Source: Verrucomicrobiales bacterium
GTDB lineage: Bacteria > Verrucomicrobiota > Verrucomicrobiia > Methylacidiphilales > JAAUTS01
DNA length: 64,000 nucleotides
Assembly (NCBI GenBank): GCA_031266335.1
Contig: JAISBF010000031.1
Coordinates: 12,507 to 76,506, forward strand
Reading direction: 5' to 3'
Numbering within the stretch: the stretch's first letter is position 1; each line of letters starts with the position of its first letter. This document shows, piece by piece, positions 1-8,499 of the stretch. A model generated the notes under the pieces. The model did not search any database. It saw only the letters and a program-made list of their open reading frames with translations, and was not told the origin of the DNA. A program made the position numbers and the translations under genes.

Positions 1-642
1 TCTGGAGCGGCAAGTTTGGTAAAATTGTTGTATATCCTTCAAGTAAATAGAATCTGAAGTTACCGCCACAATACCCGGCGGACTTTTTGGGGAAACATTG
101 GGTATGTCCCATTCCTGTGTACCGTGACAAAAACAACACCAGCCGTTAATCAAATCCGGCGTGGAACGCACCATGCTCAGCAACAGCAAATTACCGTTGC
201 GATTCCGACCGTAAACATAGACCGGCAGATAGGTGAAAAAAGTATCCGCAATGCCTGTCCTGAAAACCTTGGAACCGCCCAGCGTCGCCTTCTTATAACC
301 GCCGCCTTGCTGCACCTTGGCACCGTCAGCGACAATATCAACCAAGGATAACGCCAGATTATGCGATAAGGCGTACTGCTTCCATAATTCAATATCCTCC
401 ATTTCATCCTGATTAGGCGGATACATTTTATCATCAAAACACGCGAGCATGACAATCACTCCACGGGGAGCCTCTGGTTTCCATGTCTGAAATTTAGCCT
501 CAATGATGTCCTTGTCCTTGAACGGGCCATAATAATATTCGACCGGTGTTTGAGCAAAAACTTTTCCGCCGAAATACCATGCCAGAGAAAAGCAGAAAAA
601 TACTGTTCGGTAAAGTCCGGTAAAATTTTGCAAGGTTGTCAT
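1..642 (-). CDS. hypothetical secreted protein; 3' end cut by the window edge; absent from the supplied ORF track
   Basis: Plus-strand triplets phased from position 1 contain no TTA, CTA or TCA up to 642. The ATG is at 642-640. The translation MTTLQNFTGLYRTVFFCFSLAWYFGGKVFAQTPVEYYYGPF... starts with a signal/anchor-like hydrophobic stretch. It lies 7 nt downstream of the co-oriented esterase gene. Confidence 0.6.
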   Translation of the reverse strand, partial: MTTLQNFTGLYRTVFFCFSLAWYFGGKVFAQTPVEYYYGPFKDKDIIEAKFQTWKPEAPRGVIVMLACFDDKMYPPNQDEMEDIELWKQYALSHNLALSLVDIVADGAKVQQGGGYKKATLGGSKVFRTGIADTFFTYLPVYVYGRNRNGNLLLLSMVRSTPDLINGWCCFCHGTQEWDIPNVSPKSPPGIVAVTSDSIYLKDIQQFYQTCRSR

Positions 643-649
643 ATGTCGG

Positions 650-1558
650 TTATTTGGCGGTTGTGGTAAAAGCACGCCAGAGTTTGGCAAATTTAGCATC
701 GGGCAACCATATCATCATTTTACTGCCAGTGTAATTCAGCACCGACATAGTGCTTTTGGTGGCCGGGTTGCCCAACCAGCCTGATTGTTTGTCAATCATT
801 TGTAGGGGTAGCGATGCAACGGGATTCAATCGCAACGGAATTACAGCCTCAAAAAAGCCTATGGCCAGTTGCGGACTTTGGGCCGGTTCGTGTCGTGTAT
901 TCGGTTCAATGGCGAGACACCACAAGGCTTTTTCCTTGCGGTTAGCATACACTAACTCTGTCATGTTTTCATGACGATATTTTTCATCGTATTGCCCGAT
1001 GATAAACAAGCCGGGCACTGTCCTTACCGGTTCCGCGTCGTTCAAATCATGACAGCCACCCTTGACCGTGGCAAAAGCCATGACTTGTTCCGGTTTCCAT
1101 CTGGCAAAGTGATAGGCGAACTGCCCGCCCGCCGAGTGACCGTACAAACACAATGGCAGACTGGAAAATGACGGCTGGTTTAATTTTTCACCAAATGATA
1201 CCAAGGCCTTAAACAAAGCCGCACCGGAACCCTTCGCGGGATAATCGTAGTCCGCCCAAGGCAACTCACCTTTGAGGTTACAAGTGAGAATGGCGAAATT
1301 CTGTTCCACGGCAAATTTTTGCCAGATTGGTATTTTATGCCAATCCAAGGAGCTGCCCGACCATCCGGGCAGCAAAACCAAAATTCCCCTGACTGTTTGC
1401 GTTTCACCGGACACCCACAGGCGAAAATCCGCGCTGACAAAATTATCCTCGTCCTGCGGGGTAACGCTGAAATTCAGCACGGCTTCAGACGCCGAGGCTT
1501 TGAATATCGCCCCGACAGTCAATCCAATGCAAACAAGTGATTTAATTGTGCGGTTCAT
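650..1558 (-). CDS. secreted alpha/beta-fold hydrolase (esterase-like)
   Basis: N-terminal signal peptide MNRTIKSLVCIGLTVGAIFKASA. Nucleophile-elbow motif GHSAGG in LCLYGHSAGGQFAYHF. Confidence 0.7.
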   Translation of the reverse strand: MNRTIKSLVCIGLTVGAIFKASASEAVLNFSVTPQDEDNFVSADFRLWVSGETQTVRGILVLLPGWSGSSLDWHKIPIWQKFAVEQNFAILTCNLKGELPWADYDYPAKGSGAALFKALVSFGEKLNQPSFSSLPLCLYGHSAGGQFAYHFARWKPEQVMAFATVKGGCHDLNDAEPVRTVPGLFIIGQYDEKYRHENMTELVYANRKEKALWCLAIEPNTRHEPAQSPQLAIGFFEAVIPLRLNPVASLPLQMIDKQSGWLGNPATKSTMSVLNYTGSKMMIWLPDAKFAKLWRAFTTTAK

Positions 1559-1560
1559 TT

Positions 1561-2448
1561 TTATTCGGCGGATAATTGCAGGAATCGAGCTTCAATGTCC
1601 TTGTATTTGGGATACAGCGGGAATTTTTGCAGGAGTTCTTTCAAAACCGCAATAGCCTGTTTCTTTTGCCCAATTTTTTCCAGTGAAGCGGCCTTGGCCA
1701 GTAATAATTCCGCGTGACCTGCAATGGCAAATTGATCCGCGTTTTTTTTCGAAAGGGAGGCAGCCTTGGATTTGGCAATGATGAGCATATCCCACAGCGC
1801 GGCGATTTCCCGCGGCTGGTGCTGTTCATACCAAGGCAGAATAGAAGTATTAAACAATTTTTCCACATTGGCAATCGCGCCAGAATAACCGCCGTCCTCT
1901 TTCAAATAAGCATCCTCAATACGGTAATACTTGGTCAGCAGGGATTCTCCCAAAGATTCCTGCAGCAAATGAAATCCTGTCAGATTATCCGGTCCCTCTT
2001 GAATGCCCTTGAGCACCGTCAGGAAACAATTTATCGCGCGCGGTTGGTCTTCCAAGATGAGGTAAAGATGTCCCTGCAAATTGGCGGCCGCGAGTTCAGT
2101 GGCAATCGGGAGCCGAGAGTCACTGACGAGACCGGTATTTTTCTTTTGCCACTCACGAAAAGCCTGTTGCGGTTTAAGATCTTTCGCAAAGAAAACCTCA
2201 TAAACAGCGCTTAAATACAGGGCGCGATATTCCTCCGATGAATTGCGGGACAAATCTCGAATAGCCGGTTCAAAGCTGTCCTTCATCACCTGCGCCCTTT
2301 GCCAACCGGCTTCTTTTAGCAGTTTCTCGGCTTCGCGTGAAGGCGTTGCGGTTTCCTGTGACCAAAGAACATTGATTCCTGTCAGAAGGAACATCGCCGG
2401 CAATGCCGAAAAATGTGTTAGACTCATAGCGAGACATATGTTAAACAA
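1561..2448 (-). CDS. hypothetical secreted helical-repeat (TPR-like) protein
   Basis: 295-aa ORF with a signal-like N-terminus (an alternative start at 2427 gives MSLTHFSALPAMFLLTG...). Composition is helical and repeat-like. No catalytic motif was recognised. Confidence 0.45.
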   Translation of the reverse strand: MFNICLAMSLTHFSALPAMFLLTGINVLWSQETATPSREAEKLLKEAGWQRAQVMKDSFEPAIRDLSRNSSEEYRALYLSAVYEVFFAKDLKPQQAFREWQKKNTGLVSDSRLPIATELAAANLQGHLYLILEDQPRAINCFLTVLKGIQEGPDNLTGFHLLQESLGESLLTKYYRIEDAYLKEDGGYSGAIANVEKLFNTSILPWYEQHQPREIAALWDMLIIAKSKAASLSKKNADQFAIAGHAELLLAKAASLEKIGQKKQAIAVLKELLQKFPLYPKYKDIEARFLQLSAE

Positions 2449-2454
2449 TTCGCG

Positions 2455-3990
2455 GTGAATATTGAAGCAGAATTTTTTTATAAGTCACAGCCGCGTTTGC
2501 AGTTCATTTTTGACTCGCCCAATCATTGTTCGGTAATTCTGGGCATGTTGGCGTTGGTTTTGTGCGGCGCTCTGGCTTTGTTATGGGGAAATGGAAAGTC
2601 AGTTGCCCGCACAGCGAGCATGATTGCTTGCGCGGTGATGTTGCTTGGCTTGTTGGGCGGACTGGTGCTGACGTATTCACGGGGTGGTTGGGTGGCGTTC
2701 TTCGCGGGATTGGCATTTTATTGGGTAACAGCAAAACCGAAAAAAATAATTCCGGTCAGTGTGTTGGTCGGGTTCCTATGCCTGCTGTGGTTGCTACCTC
2801 ACGGCTGGCAGCGGATGAATTCAATGACCGATGTCACGGAAGACCGCTCAATTTTACATCGGGTGATGGTCTGGCAGGGAGCGCTGACGATGGCGGCGGA
2901 TCATCCATTGACCGGCATAGGCGGTGACAGTTTTGGCAATGAATTTTCAGCGTGGTACCAACCGCTAACCATGAACACCCGCTATTTGGCGGCGTTGAGC
3001 AATTATTTGACCTTGGCTTCGGAAAGAGGATTTCTCGCGTTGTTTATTTACCTCTTGCTATTAGGCTGTCCGTTTGCTATCTGCTTTTACCTTGCACGAA
3101 AACGGCAAAATGCCTTAATAATATCGTTATTGGCGGTAGAAGTGACTTATCTGATTTCTGGACTATTCACTTACAGCACCTCCTTTTGGCATGTAACGGG
3201 ATTATTTCTGTTCGTCTATATAATCGTCCTGGGTTATTTGGGCTATCATTTGGTCAAAAAGAATCTGACCCGAAAAACAGGATGCAAAATCTTGGCCACA
3301 ACGGCGGGAAGTGTCGGCGCGGTAGTATTGGTGTTGTATTTTACCGGTCTGTTTTTTCTGATGGAATTACCTTGTCGCGTTTCCCGTTTGCAAATTTCGG
3401 ATGACATCCCGGCGGTTATGGTTGTACCGCAAAATATCCCGGTGTACGGGACAATCATTCATTTTCACGACAAGGGCGGCTCCGTCCAAGAAGACGGTAA
3501 ATCATCCCTGCGACCGATGGCTCAGGCGGGTTTTATGATTATCGGCTGTGACTATCGGGCAGGAGGAATAGACGGGTTGCGTGATGCTGAAACTGTTATG
3601 CGGTGGGCAATTAATACCTTTTCAGAACAAGGAGTACCATTGTACTTGACAGGATTCGGCGTCGGTGGACGCATGGCGATTTTGGTTTCGGGCAACATCG
3701 AATTTCGAGATAAGGTAAAGGGAGTGGCAGCGGTTAACGCTGCCGTTGAATGGCCATTTCCTGAACTTTCACCTCTGGATCAGCTGGGTTCCCTGCAAGC
3801 CCCCGTGCTTCTGATTTACCATGATGCCTCGGCGCCGAAAATGCTTGCCAGCAACATCGCAAATTTTCTGGAAACTGCCAAAGTCAGGAATAAATCGGTG
3901 CAAATGATTTGTATTCCGAATGATGATAACCAATTAAATCTCGATGGGCTACCGGTGGAAAAGATAGACGAATTTTTCAGGCAATTATAG
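2455..3990 (+). CDS. O-antigen ligase/Wzy_C-like polytopic membrane protein fused to a C-terminal alpha/beta-hydrolase-fold domain
   Basis: Multiple hydrophobic helices. Wzy_C-like motifs TYSRGGWVAFFAGL and HRVMVWQGALTMAADHPLTGIGGDSFG. The C-terminal roughly 190 aa (IHFHDKGG...LTGFGVGGRMAILVSG) looks like a dienelactone-hydrolase-type fold. Confidence 0.6.
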   Translation: MNIEAEFFYKSQPRLQFIFDSPNHCSVILGMLALVLCGALALLWGNGKSVARTASMIACAVMLLGLLGGLVLTYSRGGWVAFFAGLAFYWVTAKPKKIIPVSVLVGFLCLLWLLPHGWQRMNSMTDVTEDRSILHRVMVWQGALTMAADHPLTGIGGDSFGNEFSAWYQPLTMNTRYLAALSNYLTLASERGFLALFIYLLLLGCPFAICFYLARKRQNALIISLLAVEVTYLISGLFTYSTSFWHVTGLFLFVYIIVLGYLGYHLVKKNLTRKTGCKILATTAGSVGAVVLVLYFTGLFFLMELPCRVSRLQISDDIPAVMVVPQNIPVYGTIIHFHDKGGSVQEDGKSSLRPMAQAGFMIIGCDYRAGGIDGLRDAETVMRWAINTFSEQGVPLYLTGFGVGGRMAILVSGNIEFRDKVKGVAAVNAAVEWPFPELSPLDQLGSLQAPVLLIYHDASAPKMLASNIANFLETAKVRNKSVQMICIPNDDNQLNLDGLPVEKIDEFFRQL

Positions 3991-4159
3991 CAAAATTGCC
4001 AAAAAATGCGGAGTTATTCAGCGCCCACCACCGGCCGGATCAAACAGTCGCAAAGTCACCGCTGTCGCCGAATATTCCAGCACCAGCGCAGTGCGTCGCA
4101 GTCCTCCATCCGCCAGACCTCAATGCCCAGTTCCCACGCCGTTTGCCACAATTCCAGTA

Positions 4160-4618
4160 TCAGCGAATTGTCCGCGAAATAGCCGCGCGCGGGACGGATG
4201 AGGTGGCGCGAAACGTTACCAAAGCCAGCAGGAGAAAAAGAAGATTGCGACCGACCACTTGCCAACCGGAAAGGTTTAACCATGTTGGCAAGGACACTTT
4301 GAAACAACCGCAATCGGATTGATTACCCGTGATGTTCATGATAACACCCAAAATCAGAAATAATATCAGTAATCCAGCCGCTAAAAGCGCTCCTTCGTGA
4401 CGGTAAGCTGGCAGCAAAAGACTCAGACCGATGGCAAGTTCCAATCCGGGGATGGTCAGTACAGTCAAGCCTTGAAGCCAAAACGGCAAGAAAGAAATTT
4501 TGAGAATAGCTTGATGAAAACTTTCCAAATCACCAATTTTAGAAAAAGCCGCTGTTAAAAAAACGACACCCAGAATGACGGTGCAGCAGCGGGATAAGCA
4601 TGGTAAAAAGCGATTCAT
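4160..4618 (-). CDS. MauE/DoxX-family membrane protein
   Basis: Four predicted helices and a CGCF motif (SDCGCFKV). It overlaps the upstream rhodanese gene by 4 nt, which is a common pairing. Confidence 0.55.
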   Translation of the reverse strand: MNRFLPCLSRCCTVILGVVFLTAAFSKIGDLESFHQAILKISFLPFWLQGLTVLTIPGLELAIGLSLLLPAYRHEGALLAAGLLILFLILGVIMNITGNQSDCGCFKVSLPTWLNLSGWQVVGRNLLFLLLALVTFRATSSVPRAAISRTIR

Positions 4619-5157
4619 TGGTCAGTTCCTTTTAATTCGTTTTCCACATCTTTTTTCATGGCTGGAGACATGGTCATAGGCAAGCGGCAACTTCTCCATT
4701 CAGGCCAGCCTTCGGGATAGACGTACACATTGTCCAAACCGCGCTGCATCAACTCACGAGCGGCAACATAAACCAAGCCGCAGGAAATGCCGTTGCAATA
4801 AACCACCACGGCGGGAACGGCTTTCAACTTAGCCAATAGTTCATCGGTAATGACGAAAGGGGGTTCCACCGGTAAGTTCAAGGCATCTTCAATATGTCCG
4901 TAGTCGTAAAACTGCTTGGCGCGGACATCTAGGAATATTGTCCTCTCGGCATGAAAAAAACGGATGGCTTGAGGCAAGCCGATGTTTTCAAATTTGACGG
5001 TTTCCTCCGTCTTGACGGGCTTGGCAATCGGAGCTAATAAATCGCGCCAGTTCAAATTTTCCTGCGTCATTAAAATTATCGTGCCAAACGTTAACGACAA
5101 AGCGATAATCTTGGCCAAATTTACCGGTTCAAGTTTTTTTAAAAATAAGGCATTCAT
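4615..5157 (-). CDS. membrane-anchored rhodanese-domain sulfurtransferase-like protein
   Basis: N-terminal TM segment. Rhodanese signatures FLDVRAKQFYDYGHIEDALNLP and the active-site loop VVYCNGISCG. Confidence 0.7.
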   Translation of the reverse strand: MNALFLKKLEPVNLAKIIALSLTFGTIILMTQENLNWRDLLAPIAKPVKTEETVKFENIGLPQAIRFFHAERTIFLDVRAKQFYDYGHIEDALNLPVEPPFVITDELLAKLKAVPAVVVYCNGISCGLVYVAARELMQRGLDNVYVYPEGWPEWRSCRLPMTMSPAMKKDVENELKGTDQ

Positions 5158-5579
5158 GTCTTTTAAAACCCGGTATCATCATTAGTTGAGGTTACCAATT
5201 GCCCATTGCCCAACTAAAAAAACGTAGCGTTGGCTAATGGTGAAGATCGTTACCTCATTCTTGACGATACCAAGAACCTCATAATACCCTGTTTGCTAAC
5301 TAACTGGCAAGTTATTTCTCAGTTAATTCGAGTGGCAGAGTTGCCTTAAATGAAAAGACCCCGAAGCGGCAAGGTGTTTTTGATTATGACGATATGTAAC
5401 AGTTACGTGCCGGAGTTGGTAAGGCCGCTGAGAGAGGTGTGGCTGGCGGCGCAGCCACTGTGGTTACCGCATGGCTGGAGCAACAGGAACTCTTCTCGAG
5501 GCCAGCGCGGCGACGCTGGACCGGCTGTTGCGTCTGCTGCGGACGCGGCAGCCCAAGGGGCGCTGCGGCACCAACCGTA

Positions 5580-5669
5580 TTTCACCACGAAGACACTAAG
5601 GCACGAAGGGAGACAGTTTTCATTTTAAAAAAACGCATCCCTTCGTGCCTTGGTGTCTTCGTGGTGAAA
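5580..5669. repeat. imperfect palindrome (32-nt arms, 31/32 complementary, 26-nt AT-rich loop) built of 8-nt-periodic CACGAAG-type units
   Basis: The left arm tttcaccacgaagacactaaggcacgaaggga (5580-5611) matches the reverse complement of tcccttcgtgccttggtgtcttcgtggtgaaa (5638-5669). Confidence 0.9.
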
Positions 5670-5710
5670 CCGTTCTTCCCCGTCCTCGGGGCCGGGAAAC
5701 GGAAAATTTA

Positions 5711-5739
5711 TTGACATGATATTAAACAATATGTTCTAT
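5711..5739 (+). promoter_or_regulatory. putative sigma70-type promoter with a TTGACATGA box (GH38 gene)
   Basis: TTGACA at 5711-5716, a 17-nt spacer, then TTCTAT at 5734-5739, with the ATG at 5753. The same 9-mer TTGACATGA precedes two other loci in this window. Confidence 0.4.
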
Positions 5740-5752
5740 ATGACTTTCATTT

Positions 5753-8332
5753 ATGACCCCACATAATTCCGCGCCCGTTCAACGCCAGAAATGTTTCCTC
5801 GTCTGCCAAGCTCACATCGACCCGGTGTGGTTATGGCCTTGGGAGGAAGGTTTGACCGAGGCGATTTCCACCTTCCGCGTCGCCGCCGATTTTTGCGACG
5901 AATATCCCGACTTCGTGTTCAACCATAACGAGTCGCTGCTCTACGAATGGGTGGAGCGCCACGACCCGCCGCTGTTCAAGCGCATCCAGGATTTGGTCAA
6001 GCGCGGGCGCTGGCACATCGCCGGCGGCGGCTATTTGCAACCGGACATGATCGGCGCGGCGGGCGAGTCGCTGATCCGGCACTTCCTCGTCGGCAAAACC
6101 TATTTCCGCGAGAAATTCAACGCGGAGCCGCGCGTGGCGTACAACTTTGACTCCTTCGGCCACCCGCAGGGCCTGGTGCAAATCCTCGCCGGCTGCGGCT
6201 TCGACGGCTACGTGTTCTGCCGCCCGAACCGCGCGGTGCTGCCGCTGCCGGTGGGCGCGTTCCGCTGGCGGCACGCCTCGGGCGCGGAGGTGCTGGCCCG
6301 CCGCAGCGACGAGCATTACATCACGCAGGGGCATTTGTTGCGGAAGATGAGCGACACCGACTGGGCGAAATTTTTCGCCGCCGAGGGTGACTTCATGTTC
6401 CTGTGGGGCATCGGCAACCACGGCGGCGGGCCGAGCCGCAAGGAGTACGCCGACTTGCGGAAACTGCCGCGCAAGTTCCCGCGGCTCGAGTTCATCGAGT
6501 CCGACCCGGACACCTTTTTCCGCCACACCGTCAGCGCGCGCGGGCGCGAGAATTTGCCCGTCGTCAGCGACCTCGATTTCAAGCCGGTGCAGGAGGGCTG
6601 CTACACCTCGCTGGCCACCGTCAAGCGCCGCCATCGCCGCGTGGAAAATTTGCTGCAACTGGTGGAGTCATTGTCAGCGGTGGCGTGGTGGCAGGGGCGG
6701 CAGGAGTATCCGGCCGCCGACCTCGCGGTGGCGTGGAAAGATTTGCTGTTCTCCGAGTTTCACGACATCCTGCCCGGCTCGTGCATCCCGTCCGCCGAGG
6801 CGGACAGCCTCAACCTGCTCGGCCACGCCGAGGAAATCCTGCGCCGCCGCCGCGCCAGCGCGCTCATCGCCCTGTTGCGGGACGAGCCGCTGGCCGAGCG
6901 CAACGAGACGCCGATCTTCGTGTTCAACCCGCACAGCTGGCCGGTGACGCAGGACGTGGAGGTCGAGTACGGCCTCGACCAGCAGTACGCGCCGGACAGC
7001 GTCGAGCGCTGGCTCACCGTCAACGGCAAAAAAATCCCCGCGCAGTTCGAGAAGGCGGAGGAAAACCTGCTGCAAAAAGACTGGGGCGAATGGCGCGCCC
7101 GCGCGGTGTTCCCGCTGACGGTGCCGCCGCTCAGCCGCGTGCGCCTGCAAACCCATTACCGCGTCCTGCCGCCGGAGAAAACCGTCCGCTGGCGCGCCCC
7201 GGCGCTGCCCAAGCGCGGCCGCTACCGCCTCAACGTCGGCGGCGGCTGGCAGGCGGGCATCAATGTGCGGACCGGCTTGCTGGACTCGATGTGGCACAGC
7301 GGGCGCGAGGTCCTCGGCCGCGGCTCCTGCCAGCCGCAGATTTTCCAGGACCTCAATCACAGCTGGGCCACGCTGACCGAGTGGGACCGGCCGGTGGCGC
7401 GCTTCACCCTGGCGACGCCCGAACGCACCGCGCAAATCATCGGCTCCGCCTACACGCATAAAATGTTCCCCAAGGGCAAACCGCCCGTCCGCATCATCGA
7501 GGACGGCCCCGTGCGCACGGTCATCGAGGCCGTCTTCGTCAGCGGCCACTCCTACCTCGTCCAGCGCTACGCCCTGCACAAGCTGCGCCCGCTCATCCAG
7601 ATTGACCAAACCATCTTCTGGGCCGAGCACGACCGCAAGCTGCGCCTCGCATTGAACGTCAACCCCGGCCTGAGCCGCGTCGAGGCGGAAAAGTGCTACA
7701 GCATCGACGACGAGACGGCCACCGTCAGCGACGGCAAGGAGCACGACTTCCAGCACTTCCTGTGCCTCTCCGGCCAAGGCCAGGCGCTGCCGCTGACCGT
7801 GGTCTCGCACGGCACCCACGCCTACTCCTTCCGCCCAGGCCTGTTGCGGCTGAACCTCCTGCGCAGCCCGTCCTACTCCACGCACGAGCAGCACCTGCCC
7901 GCCGACTGCGACCGTTACCTCGACCGCTACCAACCGCGGCAGGAGCAGGGCCTCAGCCACGCGCGGTTCTCCCTGCTGTTCGGCCCGCTGACCGGCAACC
8001 GCGCGTGGTCCGCCCGCGCCGCCGCCGAGTTGAACGTGCCGCTGGAGCCGTTCGTGTATTTCCCGACGCAACGGCAGCCCAAGGTCCGCCCGCGCAGCTT
8101 CGCGACGGTGACGCCCGCCAGCGTGCAACTCACCGCGCTGAAAAAAGCCGAGCGCGGCGACGACCTGGTGCTGCGCCTGTGGGAAACCGCCGGGCGCAAC
8201 ACCAAGGGGACACTGACCGTCGAGGGGAAAAAATACCCCTTCACCATCGGCGCGCACTGCCTGCAAACCCTGCGCCTCAACCGCGCCGGCCAGCTGACCG
8301 TGACGGACTTGCTGGAACGGCAGCTTCATTAA
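5753..8332 (+). CDS. GH38 alpha-mannosidase
   Basis: GH38 N-terminal signatures QAHIDPVWLWPWEEG, FNHNESLLYEWVE, GGGYLQPDMIGAAGESLIRH, NFDSFGHPQGLVQIL and WGIGNHGGGP. The length of 859 aa is typical. Confidence 0.85.
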   Translation: MTPHNSAPVQRQKCFLVCQAHIDPVWLWPWEEGLTEAISTFRVAADFCDEYPDFVFNHNESLLYEWVERHDPPLFKRIQDLVKRGRWHIAGGGYLQPDMIGAAGESLIRHFLVGKTYFREKFNAEPRVAYNFDSFGHPQGLVQILAGCGFDGYVFCRPNRAVLPLPVGAFRWRHASGAEVLARRSDEHYITQGHLLRKMSDTDWAKFFAAEGDFMFLWGIGNHGGGPSRKEYADLRKLPRKFPRLEFIESDPDTFFRHTVSARGRENLPVVSDLDFKPVQEGCYTSLATVKRRHRRVENLLQLVESLSAVAWWQGRQEYPAADLAVAWKDLLFSEFHDILPGSCIPSAEADSLNLLGHAEEILRRRRASALIALLRDEPLAERNETPIFVFNPHSWPVTQDVEVEYGLDQQYAPDSVERWLTVNGKKIPAQFEKAEENLLQKDWGEWRARAVFPLTVPPLSRVRLQTHYRVLPPEKTVRWRAPALPKRGRYRLNVGGGWQAGINVRTGLLDSMWHSGREVLGRGSCQPQIFQDLNHSWATLTEWDRPVARFTLATPERTAQIIGSAYTHKMFPKGKPPVRIIEDGPVRTVIEAVFVSGHSYLVQRYALHKLRPLIQIDQTIFWAEHDRKLRLALNVNPGLSRVEAEKCYSIDDETATVSDGKEHDFQHFLCLSGQGQALPLTVVSHGTHAYSFRPGLLRLNLLRSPSYSTHEQHLPADCDRYLDRYQPRQEQGLSHARFSLLFGPLTGNRAWSARAAAELNVPLEPFVYFPTQRQPKVRPRSFATVTPASVQLTALKKAERGDDLVLRLWETAGRNTKGTLTVEGKKYPFTIGAHCLQTLRLNRAGQLTVTDLLERQLH

Positions 8333-8478
8333 CGCAAAGGCGCAAAGGAACGAAGGCGCAAAGAATTTTTTTACAGGGAGATCATGGAGAACATGGAGAT
8401 TATTTTTTTAAAAACCTCCATGAACTCCGTGATCTCCCTGTAAAAAATTCTTTGTTCCTTTGCGCCTTTGCGTTAATG
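8327..8478. terminator. 152-bp imperfect palindrome between convergent genes; likely a bidirectional terminator; same repeat family as 5580-5669
   Basis: The left arm cattaacgcaaaggcgcaaaggaac[gaaggcgc]aaagaattttttt acagggagatcatggagaacatggag pairs with 8415-8478, apart from an 8-nt indel, a 1-nt indel and 3 mismatches. The GH38 stop codon TAA (8330-8332) lies inside the left arm. Confidence 0.6.
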
Positions 8479-8499
8479 CAGCTAATGAAGCTCCGGTAT

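Noticed and set aside
5440-5480. GCCACTG, which resembles the B12-box core of cobalamin riboswitches.
   Set aside because: The other conserved cobalamin-riboswitch elements (GGGAA, AATCC.GGTG, the downstream CC.GCC pairing) are absent. No cobalamin-related gene follows.
5350-5714. 92-aa and 91-aa plus-strand ORFs in the rhodanese/GH38 intergenic region.
   Set aside because: They have no SD and no domain. Both read straight through the 32-bp-arm palindrome, which gives the repeat-derived peptide FHHEDTKARRE / RIPSCLGVFVV. I treated the region as non-coding or unexplained.
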